From: Anthoceros angustus
Lineage: Eukaryota; Plantae; Anthocerotophyta
Direction: 5' to 3'
DNA length: 64,000 nucleotides
NCBI GenBank assembly: GCA_010909165.1
Contig: MU008150.1
Coordinates: 496,001-560,000 of the forward strand
The translations under genes were made by a program, and so were the position numbers. Position 1 is the first letter of the stretch. Each line of letters opens with the position of its first letter. A model generated the notes under the pieces. It was not told the DNA's origin. It saw only the letters and a list, made by a program, of their open reading frames with translations, and did not search any database. Below are positions 1 to 12,766 of the stretch, in pieces.

Positions 1-299
1 AGTACAACTCGCACATGGAGGGTACGCCCCGGCTCCCGTTCGAAGGAACCACTGGTAGACACCCGTGGCGGTTAGGATGTGCAGCCAGTAGTTTATGCCC
101 CCTCCTGTCCCAACAACCACATACACATTTAGAGTGAGCACCCACTCACCATGCAGGCAGAAGCTAGGGACATGAGCATCCTCATCCAGAAGCCGCAGCA
201 CATTACGCCCTTCTGCTAAAGAGGTCCTTACCCTCTCCGCCCGTGGACAGTCCTGGACTGGCTGCTCCCTAGAATCCGGGGGAGTTGCATCCCCTCCTA

Positions 300-2818
300 C
301 AGCGCTCTTGACGGTGGCTTCCCCCACCTCGGGTCTTTCTTCCGCGACAGTGGCCGTTTTAGCCACCGTGGTGGCTGCTTCCTCAACGGTGGCTGTTTCA
401 GCCACTGCGGTGGCTGACACTATGCCTTTATTTGGCCTGCCGGTCTCTCTCTTGACCCTGGCCCTAGCCTCATCTCTCTCCCGCTTATACCTTTCCGCTA
501 GTTTTGAACTTCTCCGTAGGCGCGTCTCCACTGTTCTGGATCACAAATTTCATTACGGGCTCCTCAATCGTAGCATGCGCCCCTTTTACTTGGGTCACCA
601 GGGCCTCCTGTTGGGTGGACATAACCCTCAGCTCCTCCTGTATCTTGCTTAGTGACTCCTCACACTCCCGCCTGCGATCCTCTGCTGCCTTTTTCTCACT
701 CTCCACTCCCTCCAACTTTTCCTTGAGCAGCTTCTCTTGCTGCCCCTGCGCACTAAGCCAGGTGAGAGCCATAGCTGCCTGGTCGAGAAGATCCGACTGG
801 GTTTGAGTCATTGCTTGAAATCCGGGTAGATCACCAAATTGGGGCTGTTCCATTTGTGATGGCTCCACATCGGGGCCCCGTGCTCAAGGCCCCTTGCCAC
901 CACCACCCGGTACGGGCCAAAGGAGTATCCCCAAAAATGTCCTTCAACTCCGGTGAGAACCCTGCTGCCGGAGTTAACCCTTCCTCCCCTACGAGTTGGT
1001 TTGCAACTGCCTCCTCATTCGTAAAAAACTCCCCTAACAGTTGCGACTCGTCCTCCATACCAGCAGAGGGGATAACCCACCGTTTTCCTTTTGCCTTCCC
1101 CTCCTTCTCCCGTGGCTCTGCCGTTGTCTTCGACCTGGTGATCCGGGGTGTGGTTGTGGGCTCCTCTCCCACTGCGACTGTCTTCCCCTTTTTGGTCGAC
1201 CCCTGTCTAGTCGCCACCGCCTTCCTCTTCCTGCTCCTTATAACCTCTCCCCCTTCATCTGAATCTTCTGGTGCCGCAAATTCCCAACTGCTGGAGTCCT
1301 TTCCCGAATCTTCCTTGGACTCTTCTTCTACCTTGAGCTCCCTCACCGACTTCCAGCTATGGAGGGCGGACACAATATTAATCTCCAACTTAGTTAGGCA
1401 CTTGGAATACGCAAACACATGAATCAAGAAGGGCGAGATCGAGAGGAGAGGAGGAGAGCAAATTCGCCCTCTCTTCACATGCTCTCTCAAAAATTATTCT
1501 GTCCCAGTCAATCCGCGTGACCTTAACTACTTCATGGAGGAAGACCAGGAAGTGTGGCCAGCCCCAGATGAAGTGCTCGTTCCTCCTCATCCTCCTTCAG
1601 GAGGTTGTGGTGCCCCCAAACATGTAGAATGAAAGGGGACAGCACTGATGGGGGAGGCCGCTAGTTGCGCAGTTTCCGAGCCTCCTGTCCTATCCAGGCG
1701 AAGATGATCCGCCCCCAGTCCACCCTCTTACCTCTCATGAGGGCGTGCAGGAGATAAATCTCCTAGGTGGGCCACCTTGGTGAGCATGTTCCAATGGACA
1801 ATAATCTTGTACCGCCTCACCCGCCTCGGTCCACATCGGCTACCGTTGGAGGACCTATGGGCATCCTGCTTCAAAAGGGCGGCTTTCGCGGCTTCCAACT
1901 TCCCCCTCCCCTTCAGGGGCTCCGACACCACTCCCAGAGCTTCCTCCGCGGGCGGTTGCTAGCCATAGGACCTCCGTTGTCTAGGGCCTACGGTCCTCCC
2001 TCATACTCTTCGATCGGACGGCTCTGCTCGCCGCCGCCAGCATCTTTCTAGCATAATCCCGGACTAGGGCCATGCTATCGTCGTCGAACCGCATCACCGG
2101 AAGATGTCTAGGTACTACTCTGGGCGAGCTCAGCTGCCTCCTCCTGAGCTAGGGGCGGTAGGGATAAGCGCTTGGTGGCGATGTTCTTCTCCACCGATTA
2201 CCATAGCTCCAAAACCTCCGCTACCTTCTTGAGGCCATGTTACTTTCTCGCCTTCTTCTGCTGGAGTAGCCAACTTCACTGCGAAACACAAAATCCACTT
2301 GGCTAGCCCCACGAGTTGCACTGAGGCGAGTTGGTGGGTCACCCATCCATTGTTAACCCCGCACCTCGGGCTTCATGATTCTGCTTCTGCTGCAACTGAA
2401 AATCTTCTTCCTGTGGGGTCAAGCACCAGACTCCCATCTTCCGACCCCTCGCGCCCATACACGGCCCGGAAGAGTTTTAGGTCCCAATTTTGCAGCCTAC
2501 GCCTCATGTCAACCTCCTGCGACAGCGCTTCAGTGCGGCGGGCACTCTGCACCAATGCCTGGGACTAACGTAACACCATTTCTTCTCCATGAGCTCAATC
2601 CCAACTCACCACAAGGCACAAGGAGCTCTAACCTTCCGATGGTCCATGTTGGGCCCTGCGTGAGTAAGGAATCTCTGCGCTCGGCGCCATCTCTTCCTTT
2701 CCGCTCTGGTGGTTCAAACTCCTCTGCTCTACCTCCAATCCGATCTAGGAGGAAGTTCTCCTTGAGCTCCACGACCACCTGCTCCACTTTCAGGTCCAGA
2801 CTTCCACGCTCATAGCAC
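300..2818 (-). pseudogene. Decayed extra ORF (distal part) in the 3' region of a Gypsy element: charged/low-complexity and coiled-coil segments
   Basis: Minus-strand ORF pieces 2530-2787, 2373-2555, 2130-2342, 1390-1590 (WPHFLVFLHEVVKVTRIDWDRIIFER), 831-1490 (acidic/basic, RKRK) and 485-868 (coiled coil). The frame runs through the Copia insertion site when the element and one TSD are removed (LVGVGYERGSLDLKVEQ). Confidence 0.6.
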
Positions 2819-3065
2819 TGTAAGGGTATTAAAGCCCAATGTGTAGACTAATACACTTGAGTCTAAGTTGGAGTGTCGATTAAGTATCATTAGTTTAGCT
2901 AAGCTAATCACTAGGAAGCTTCTTGTGCTCCTTCAGCTTCTTGAGCTTCTAGGGAGCCCTATTGGAGGTATAAATACCCTCAAGCCTCATCTCAATGTGA
3001 GAGAGCTACTCTTGCCTCCTCCTCTCCTCTCCTCTTTCCACCATCATGGCTGCCACGATCCTTCA
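2819..3065 (+). repeat. 5' LTR of the Copia element
   Basis: TGTAAGGGTATTAAAGCCC...ACGATCCTTCA, direct repeat of 7504-7751, contains TATAAATA. Confidence 0.95.
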
Positions 3066-3114
3066 AGCGGTATCGAGCCTTGGTTTGGTTGTGTTGTGAT
3101 GCTAGAATTTTCTA

Positions 3115-3785
3115 GGCTGCGAGGCGGCGGCTCGTGGAGTGCAGTGATCGGCGCGGTGAGGCTGCGCGCCCGCGGCGAGCCGTGGCGGCGCGTGGCGCGA
3201 GGCCGGCGGCGCGCGCGCGCGGGCAGCCGCGCGCACAGCGAGCGGCGCAGGCCAGCGCGGCGGCGTCGCGCAGGCGCGGCGCGGCGGCGGCGCGGCCGGC
3301 CCCGGCCGCGGCCGCCGCGCGCGCCAGGCGCGGCGCGGGCCAGCAGGCGTGCCCGGCGCGCGGCGCTGGCCGCGCCACGCGAGCCGCGGGCGCGCGCAGC
3401 CCGCGCCGCGCGCCGGCCCATGAGCGCGCCCAGCCGCAGGCCTTGGCGCCAGCCAGGCGGCGCCGCGGCCCGCCGCGCCTTGCCGCAGCGCGCGCGGCCG
3501 CCAGGCTTGGCGCGCGGCGCGCGGCCGCGCCAGCGCCGAGCGAGCCTTGCGGGGCGCAGGCGCCGCGGCTGGCCGCGCGCCGGTAGCGCGCCAGCCGGCG
3601 GCGGCGCCTTGGCAGCGGCAGGCCCATGCGCCCGCGTGGCGTGCGGTGGTGGCGCCGCGCGGGGCGCGTGCGCGCGGCGGCGCGGTGCGCGCGGTGGCAG
3701 AGTGGGTGCGGCAGTGCGGCGCGGCGGCAGGCGGTGCGGTGAGCGAGGGCGCGGTGCCGCGAGTGAGCGAATCGATCGGCGGATT
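3115..3785. other. Extremely GC/CpG-rich low-complexity tract in the Copia 5' leader
   Basis: Almost pure G/C (GCGCGGCGGCG...) between PBS and gag; produces spurious Arg/Ala ORFs in all six frames. Confidence 0.85.
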
Positions 3786-6700
3786 ACTCGGTGGAATAGC
3801 GGCACAAATACAGTCGGTGGTATTTCTTCTTTGACTTTTTAACAAGGCGAGAGTGTTTTATCGTATCGATTTTTGAGTCATGATGTCTTCATCATCGAGC
3901 GTCATGTTCAATATCGAGAAGTTAGATGGTACTAACTTCCGTTCGGAAAGAACAAGTGTATAATGTTCTAGTAAAAGCGGATCAAGCCCATAAAGTTGTT
4001 AGGCGTCAAACGGATAGTATGACCGGGATGAGTGGCGGGACTGGATGAGCTTGCTAGATCTACTATCATGCTAACATTGTCAAAAGCAGTGTACTTCAAT
4101 GTGAAAGATAAGACCACGAGTTACGGTGTGGCGGTATGTGACTGTATGAGAAGCAAAGTGCGGCTTCTCGGTGTATTGGTTGAAAACGGTGGTGGACTTG
4201 AAGATGAAGGAAGGGACGAGGATGTCCGATCATCGAATGATTTCAATACCATCTCAGTTTCCGATGAGCTATCGTTCGAGGAAAAACGCCGAGTTGGGGT
4301 TTACCGGTGCACATCATGGTGAGAGGGAGGTCCAATGCGAAGGAAGCAACAGAGAGGAAACCTCCGTAGCAAATCTCATAATCGTAACAAGAATGTGGAG
4401 TGTCACTATTGTCACAAAGGGTCACTTCAAAGAGAGTCGAGAAGTTCAAAAGGACCAAGGAAGAGAAGAAGCGGGGCGACAAGGCGACTTGCATCGAGTT
4501 GGAAGAGTTAAACTACATTGAGGACGGAGATGTCCTTATCTCTACTTGAATCTTGCACAATTAACTTGAGTGGATAGTCATTTATTACGCAATTGGATAA
4601 TTGACTGCGGTGCATCTTTCCATGTTACTCATAGAGAGTGGTTTAACGTATGATGCTACAAGGAAAGGATCGTTAGGCTTGGAAATAACTATGCATGCGG
4701 ATCGCGGGCGTGGGTGATGTGCAACTCAAGTTTGACAACGGATCTTCATTCATCTTTGAAGGGCGTTAGGCATGTTCGAAGTTGACAAAGAGCATGATTA
4801 GCGCGAGACGGTTGGATGATCTTTGGTTACCATCTTTGGTTTTGGGGATCACTCTTGGAAGATCTCCAAAGGTTCTCTTGTGTTAGCTCGTGGATCGGTG
4901 GCACTTTGTACTCACTTGGTAAACCTTTATCAAAGATCATGTGATCGTGTGACGAGCAGCAAATGTTTCCTTGTGGCATTGCGGTTAGGACATATGTCTC
5001 GAAGGGAATGAAGGTTTTATCTCGTTACGGTTATATCCTGTTCTTAACTTCTAATCTCTCGATGTGTGAGCTTTGTTTATATGGGAAGCAGACAAAATCA
5101 TCACATCGAACACGAGGTAAAGTAGAAGTAAACCTCTTGAGTTGGTTCACGATGATGTATGTGGACCTATGCCTCTGCATCATTAGGCGGTGCCTCTATT
5201 TTGTCACTTTCATAGATGATTTCTCACGCAAGGTGTGGGTTTATCCTTTGAGGAAAAAGGATGAAGTTCGGTGTTTGAAATTTGTCACCCTTGTAGAGAA
5301 TCGATCATGATTGAAGTGTCTAAGGGCGGATAATGGTGGCGAGTATGTTTCAGCTTTCGGTCATTGATTCCAAGGGAATCAAAAGAATTATTGCCGTATA
5401 CTCCTCCACAAAATGGTGTGTGGCGGATGAGCAGAACCATTCGAGGAGAGGATCGTGGTTTTGTTGTCAAACTCGGATTGCCTAATGGGTTTTGGGCGAG
5501 CGATGTCTGCAGTTCATCTTATTGATCTCCTAATAAAATTTGAGCGAGTTCGAGGAGCTATAGTGCGGAAAGAAACCATCCTACAAGCATCTGAGTGTTT
5601 GGGTGAGGCATCTTGCCATGTTCCAAAGAGTTTCGGGACAAGTTGGCACCTAAGTCCAAGAAATGTATTTTTCTTGGCTATGGTGATTACGGTGAGATGG
5701 GATACCGTTTGTGGGATCCGAGGCTAGAAAGGTTGTTCGTACTAACGGCGTGTTCTTCAATGAGAACAAGATGCGAAGCCTACTCCAAGCGTGGAGGTGC
5801 GAAGGGTGATCTTCAAGAAGATGGACATGATCATCATGGGGTTGATACGTGGTAATGCGGGAGCACATTCCTCCACCTAGATGAACCAAGAGTCGAACAA
5901 GCTCCTATAGAGGTGCACAGTGCCCGTAGGTCGAGGCGGGGATTACCACCTCGGGGTATGATCCATCTGGATTATGTTATCTTGATTGTGGGAACCCTCT
6001 TCTTACAAAGAGGCTCCATCAGCGAGTAACAAAGAGAAGTGGGAGAAGGCCATGCGATCGAAATGAATTATGCATAAGAACCAAACTTGGGAGTTGGTTG
6101 TTGCCTAAGGATAAGAAGGCACTCTGGCAAATGGGTGTACAAGATGAAGGTCATACTTGATGGCAAACCAAAGTACAAGGCACGATTGGTTGCTAAGGGT
6201 TTCAAGCAACAACGGGCATTGACTTTGATGAGATTTTCTCACGGTAGTCAAAATGACAACTTTGCGATGTGTTCTTGCTTTGGTTGCGAGGATGATATGG
6301 AACTTATGCGGATGGATGTCAAGGCGGCATTCTTGCATGGTGACCTTCAAGAGGGCGTCTACATGCAACCGAAGGTTTTGTTGAGAAGGGCAAAGAGCAT
6401 CGGTGTGAGTTGAGGAAGAGCCTTTATGGTTTGAAGCAGGCACCAGTGGTATCACAAGTTCCACTCATTTATGCTTTCTCAAGGCTACAAGCGTGGATGA
6501 GGATCATTGCCTCTATCTGAAGCAAGCTAAGGATCAAAGCTTGCTCATTTTGATCCTCTATGTGGATGATATGCTAATTCTTTGGGAGCGATCTTGATGA
6601 GATTTGTTGAAGTCAAAGTTGAATGCTCACTTTGAAAAGCAGACTTGGGAGGCGAGCCATATACTTGGCATGCGTGTCGTCGGAGCAGACATAAGCGTGC

Positions 6701-7503
6701 TTTATTTGTCTCGAGACGGAATACATTGAGGTGCTTCAACGTTTCAACATGGAGAAGGGAAGCCATTGGGTACTCCATTGCCTCCATATGTGAAACTTTC
6801 AAGCGCGGATTGCCCAAGCTACGAGGAGGACAAAAGCTGAAATGGAGAAGGTCCCATACTCATCAGTAGGGAGTTTGATGTATGCAATGATTGCTACACG
6901 TCACGACATTGCCTTTGCGGTGGGAGTGGTTAGCGAGTTTATGTCAAACCACGGCAAGAAGCATTGGGAGGCGATAAAAGGAGTTATGAGGTATGAATGG
7001 TACAAAAGCTTTGTGCATATGTTTTGGTAGTGAAGATGCATGTGGTTGGGTACGGATCTTATGAGGATATGGACAAAGGAGGTCCACATCGAGTTATGTC
7101 TTCACGTGCCTTTGGAGGCGATCTCATGGCGATCTCGTTTGCGATCGTGCATTCGCTATCTACCAGGCCGAGTATGTTGCGACAGCGGGGCTTGCAAGGA
7201 AGCCATATGGCTTGCTCGTTTAGTGGGAGACTTGGGGATCAAGGTTGTGCCGGTGTTGCATTGTGATAGCAGTGCTATCAATTGGCAAAGAATCCGATGT
7301 TTCATGCGAAGACTAAACATGTGGATGTGTATCACTTCATTCGAGAGGTGTTGGACGACAAGAGGTACAACTTGTCAAGGTTCACACCAGAACCTGAGAT
7401 ATTCTTACCAAGGGACTCTCTACGACAATTTGCACAAGCTCGGACGATGGGCATGAGATAGTCCATTCTTCCACGAAGGTAAATTGGCCTTTAAGTGGGA
7501 GGT

Positions 7504-7751
7504 TGTAAGGGTATTAAAGCCCAATGTACTTAGACTAATACACTTAGTCTAAGTTAGGTGTCGATTAAGTATCATTAGTTTAGCTTAAGCTAATCACTAG
7601 GAAGCTTCTTGTGCTCCTTCCTAGGAGCTTCTTGTGGAGCTTCCTAGGAGCCTATTGGAGGTATAAATACCTCAAGCCTCATCTCAATGTGAGAGCTACT
7701 CTTGCCTCCTCCTCTCTCTCCTCTTTCCACCATGGTGCCCACGATCCTTCA
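7504..7751 (+). repeat. 3' LTR of the Copia element
   Basis: Direct repeat of 2819-3065; differences are mostly small indels. Confidence 0.95.
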
Positions 7752-9050
7752 TAGCCTACACCCACCAATTACGCCCAGCGTGCTGGGGTTCTCTTCCCCG
7801 CCCGCGCCCGCCCGCATTGCGCACCCGTGCTCCTACCATAAATGCACACTTGCACTGTAAAAGGAAACCCTCGTTCCTGATGTGGCTGCATGCGCACGCC
7901 CTTCTCTCAACTCCGCTTAAGGTCACCTTGATCACCGACTTGACTCACTCGCCCCTTGAAATCTCGCAGACCCCCGACCAGTGCGGTCTTCTCCCGATTC
8001 TTACCTGCTCACTCCTTTATCGGCACCGCTACTAGGGTTGTTAACTCCCCCTGGCCTGTACGACCCATACACGGCCACCGTTGTGGAACTAGCCACCTCC
8101 CCACTCCCCTGCGCCACTGTTGCTGAATGCTTGAGTTCTTTAGTGCACCAACCACCTTTCCCTCCAGACTTATGCCCGTGTTGTAACATGTCCATAGCCT
8201 TCTCAAGCAGCTCATGACACTTCCTATTCTCCTTTTTCTCTTCTCCTTTCTCCTCAACCTTCCTTTCAAGCTCCATGATTGCAATCCCCTTTTGAGCTTG
8301 GGCTGTCCAGCACCCTAGATCAGTCCTTGCATCCCTATTTTCCAATTCCTCAAGTTCCTGCCGTGGCATAGTGAAGTTTTTAAAGCATTCCTCTATCATC
8401 TCCAAGTTGACATAGGCCCAATGGCGACCATACATCCATTGCAATTGTATGTCATGGCTCCCTAGCAACCATCTTGCCCTTCTTAGGTGCAGGCGCTTTC
8501 ACCATCTTGCCCCCTTCAAGATAATTGCACAAACAAGACAAGCTTGGGCACGCCTACTTGCTCGTTTCTACCTAGTTGTCACTCAGCTTCTACACACAAT
8601 TGCAAGCTTTCTTCACTCGCCACACAAAATCCACCAAGAGAGAAACTTCAGCCCTTTTCCACTTACTTCCTCTTCACTCCACAGTCCCATTTAGCTCAAA
8701 CTTGATGTCTTCACAGCATACAGCTCCTTGTGCGCCCAGATCCCTCACTTGCAAGGTTCTAGGCACAAAAAATTCAGCGCCGCTGCCCTCTTCACAGTTG
8801 TGCTTCAAATCCCTTCACACACAACTCCTTATGCACGAACACCTCCTTCTCCTTGCACACACATGGGCACCGCGTTCTCACCAAGTCCTTGCCCTAGCTT
8901 TCCCTTGCATGCACAAGCTCTTCCTCGCGATTCCTCACAGGCTTCTTGGGTGCCACTCCCTACATACCTAGCTTGCATGGCCCTTTGGTAGTAATAGTGA
9001 AACTCCTGGATATAGGCCGTTGATTCCTTGCCATGTGGCACCATTTCCAC
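7752..9050 (-). pseudogene. Decayed extra ORF (proximal part) downstream of Gypsy pol
   Basis: ORFs 8829-9050 and 8001-8468 (E/K-rich, ELERKVEEKGEEKKE) on the same strand as the integrase; continues at 2818. Confidence 0.55.
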
Positions 9051-9199
9051 CGTCCTCTATTTAGCAGCCCTACTTGTTAAAAGCACCCTACACTACCTAC
9101 CTTACATATTTATGTTCTATTATTCCTAATATATCCTATTTATCCACAACCTTGCATATACAGTCCTTTTTAACAACTTCCTAGGTTAGAACCTGCCTA

Positions 9200-9660
9200 A
9201 TTTGGAAAGCTTGCTTCCCAAGGTATCCAAGTAGGGTGTCGCACCCCACTTTCGCTGCCCATAGGGAATCCTCTCCACTCCCTACGGTAGGGAGACCTCT
9301 CCACTCCCTACATCCTATCTATGTATGGTCAACCTTATGACCCTACGCCTCATCTATGTAGGGTCACTCTTGCTACCCTACGTTCTATCTACCCGTCCAC
9401 ATGCCTCATCTATGTAGGGTCACTCTTGGCACCCTATGCCTCATCTATGTAGGGCTAGCTTTTGACACTCTATGCACTCGCTTAAACTGTCCATGTAGGG
9501 AGCCCCTCTTCATTCTTGTAGGGCCAGCTACCACCCTACACCTGTCCCTCGTAGGGTGCATCTCCCTATGGTAGGGAGTGCCATGCCCTATATCTATAGG
9601 ACAAGTGTCTTTCCCTTGTGTAGGGGCTGTCTCCCCCACATCATTCACACTCGCTTCCTC
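9200..9660. repeat. Array of GTAGGG/CCCTAC direct and inverted motifs between Gypsy pol and the extra ORF
   Basis: Repeated CTCTCCACTCCCTAC and CTATGTAGGGTCACTCTTG units with many inverted CCCTAC/GTAGGG pairs. Confidence 0.6.
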
Positions 9661-9892
9661 CCTACATGCAACTCCCTTCCTGCATGTTTGCCTCTACCTA
9701 GATCTCTACTTGCACTCACTTAATTGCAAGTAAGCTTCCACAAAGAAATGCCTAGCAATTCCTTTGGCACTTTTCTGAGTTCGTTTTGATCCAAGTTTTG
9801 TCAACTCTAACCAAAAAAAATAAAGGGCCCAAAGTTTTGCATTTCACATGCTCCCCTCCTCACTTTTTACGTCCTCGCAAACAACCTACTTC

Positions 9893-10134
9893 CTACGGTA
9901 CAAAGTACTTCTTTACTTTCCATCCATTCACCCTAGTAGGGAATGGCTCCCCGTCTAGCTCCTTCAATTGCACTGAGCCATTTTTATACACAGCCATGAC
10001 CTCATAAGGTCCCATCCACCTCAATCTAAGCTTCCCTGGGAAATCCATATAATGGCTGTCATAGAGAAGAACCAAATCCCCGGACACAATAGCCGCCTGC
10101 CTACGTAACTTCCCATCATGTCTATCCTTCCTAA
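9893..10134 (-). mobile_element. C-terminus of a Ty3/Gypsy (Tat/Athila-like non-chromovirus) integrase
   Basis: GDLVLLYDSHYMDFPGKLRLRWMGPYEVMAVYKNGSVQLKELDGEPFPTRVNG (GPY/F module); truncated by the TIR element at 10135. Confidence 0.9.
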
Positions 10135-12719
10135 AACACGATAATTTTGCAAGGGGGGAAATATACCCGATGGGGGTTTACTGGCTTTTATCCTTCGAAG
10201 AGGGTTTCTGATAGGTCTAAAACTAGCCTGTCATGGCATGCTCTAAAAATTTATCACAAAATCATGGTGTCACACCATTGGTTGCATTGTTTTCATGAAC
10301 GGCTGAGGCATGTGAAGGGTTTAGGCTTTCCACAACACATCGCATAATTGAACCCACGTGGTTGACCATTCTTGGCGGTGTTACGCACATAAATATTGCC
10401 TTTCAACTAAGGCGCTATGTAAAAACACCAAAAGAAGACCCGAGTAGTCGTTGTATACTACACTTTGGGCATATGAGGGAAAGGGCGCCGGCCGGCGCCT
10501 TTCCCCGCATACCTCCGGAGAGTTTGGGGTTTAGGTCAAAGTTCCTAGTCGTCGTTCTCACTTCCCACGCAGACAATGTCCTTGTGTGATAGATAGAGTA
10601 CGACGACATCGGATTCAGTTGATATGCAAATGGAACCCTCTTCAAGAAGCACCTTCATTCGATTTTTACCGCACATGGTTGTCACCAAGAATCAATGCCG
10701 CAAGCCCTTGTCACAAGGTCATGTTTCCATTTGCATTCCACTACATCGGGTGGGGCAGAAGTCCTTCAAAGCAAATGACCGCCCTCTGGGGAACACAAAG
10801 GCCTTGTACTTCATGCACACTATTTCAATACCATACAAGTTAACCAAAATCAGAGCTGTTTTAAAATATTTTTAAAATATATAGAGTAAGTGGGATTAGT
10901 TCCCCTCAAAACCACGGCCCAAACCTCAAAGTAATGTTATGTTCCACATTTTGTATTAACATGCCCATATATTCTTCGAGAACGTTGCACATTGTACAGA
11001 TCTGAATTAATGAAAGTAAGTTCATAGGTTTTTCGAAAATGGGTGCAATCGTGGCATGAGAGAAGAATTTCAAAATACGCATCCATAAAGAGGATGCCGG
11101 GCCGGCGGCCGCCTTCCCATGCATGCCTCCCATGGCTCCCCCATGCATGCCTCCGCCGGCCGGCCGGCCCCCCATGCACGCCCTCCCCATGGGCGCCGGC
11201 CGGCGCCCTCCCCATGCACGCCCTCCCCATGGGCTGCCTTTGATAAAATAAATAGCGGTTCAAATGATTTGTGGCTTGGGGTGGTTACTCAAGTGGTTTA
11301 GTAGTAGGTCGTGAGGTCAATTCCTCTACTCCACACACACCAACTTGCCTTTTTAAGGGCATCCTTTAAATTAAAGGATTCTGTCCTTAAGGACGCATTC
11401 ACGAGTCCTTATTTTGGCCATATAGTTAAGAATTTGTAGTTTTAAACCCAAAATCATAGCAAATATCTTTCAATCGTTGATTGCGAGTTTAAAATTACTT
11501 GTAATATTATATTAATGGTCTCAAATTATAAAAGAATCAAAATGGTGAAGAGAGCTACGGCTCACTCAAGTTTCTTCCATTTTATGGAGCTCATTGAAGG
11601 CCGCGACCATTGTATTGCAGAGGTCATAGCTCTTGGGCATGTGCTTCAGTCCTGGACACCATCTTTGCGATCGACCAAGGTTGTACATTGTGATTTGACA
11701 TGTGAAAGATGTCATATTTTGCTCATTCAATTTGAAACATACATTCAAATGGTTGAGGGAATGTGTTACTTGTTTGATAAAGGCAATGATTCAAACCCGT
11801 GAAAGCCAAAACCCAGCACGTGAACGTCCTCGTAAACCAAAATAGGCTACGACCACACCGCCACACGCTTACGCAAGTGCTTGACGCAGTTGGGGAGAAC
11901 GCCAAGTCCATGGGCAAGAACAATGGTTTTGATGACTGGGAGCATGTGGAACTTAGAAGTGGTCATACATTGGCTCAAGGCCCGTATGAGTTGGTGACCA
12001 TGAGTCCCCGCCGCCATGCTTTTAAAGTTTACTGTTTTGTCGATCGTTGTGGACGCCGCCATGTCGGCGTTCACACACAACTTCGGTTTTGTTTCCAAAG
12101 TATAACCATGTTTAGTTTTGATATGAATTTATTGAATGGTGTCCATGAACACATCACGAGGGCGCTGGCCGCTCTAGATAGGCTCTCTATCATGTCAATG
12201 GAAAGAATGCAGACTTTCGATTGTGGATGGAATAAAGAGGCTAATGTCATTTTGAAGACCTGGGGTTTAAATCCTCTTTTAAGGACTGTGTCAATTTCAC
12301 GAAGGGATCTTCCATAATTATGGTGTTGGTGGAACGAATCGTAATTTAGCAATGGTGTTGGATTCGATCCGCTCAGCAATCGGATGAGTCACAACGTAGC
12401 CATATTCCTCCATTCTAAAGTAGACAGACTCAAAACATTGGATTGACGGTGAAAGATCCATTTTTTGTGGTATAGATAGTCCACAAGAGTTCCCACAAAA
12501 TAGTACAAGGCTTGAGTGTTGTGATAGATCGGCCGCCGGCACCACGGGTCATTGAGGCAACCGTAAACATTTGATGTAAGTGTATGTACCCTGTGAATGG
12601 GGTGATGTTTTAACTCGACGTAAAAAGGCTATTTTTGGACTGGGCAGTGTTTGGTCAAGAGGATCCGACCCCAAAAGAAGAGGGTTTGTATATTCCCCCC
12701 CTTGCAAAATTATCGTGTT
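10135..12719. mobile_element. TIR DNA transposon, copy 1 (AACACGATAATTTTGCAAGGGGGG termini)
   Basis: About 30-bp near-perfect inverted termini at 10135 and 12719; internal GGCCGGCCGGCGCC array at 11090-11240; decayed protein-like frame 11560-12600 (-); sub-terminal similarity to 56982-58627. Flanks CTAA/ACAA do not match. Confidence 0.85.
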
Positions 12720-12766
12720 ACAAGCAGAAAATGAAACAGGCAACAAAACAAAAGACAATTACTTAC

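Larger units (their letters stand above)
2819..7751 (+). mobile_element. Full-length Ty1/Copia LTR retrotransposon, heavily frameshifted
   Basis: Two ~247-bp TG..CA LTRs; PBS-like AGCGGTATCGAGC at 3066; PPT AAGTGGGAGGT before 7504; TSD TAGC(A)C / TAGCC. Gag (MMSSSSSVMFNIEKLDGTNF, 3880), integrase (YFVTFIDDFSRKVWVY), RT (KYKARLVAKGF, MDVKAAFLHGDL, LYVDDML) and RNase H (~7460) in Copia order. Confidence 0.95.

Noticed and set aside
2868-3845. Six overlapping 95-324-aa Arg/Ala/Pro-rich ORFs
   Set aside because: Artefact of a near-pure GC tract lacking stop codons, inside a Copia leader.
3880-7460. Great age of the Copia inferred from many frameshifts
   Set aside because: LTRs differ mainly by indels and neighbouring single-copy genes are clean, so consensus error in repeats is at least as likely; no dating attempted.
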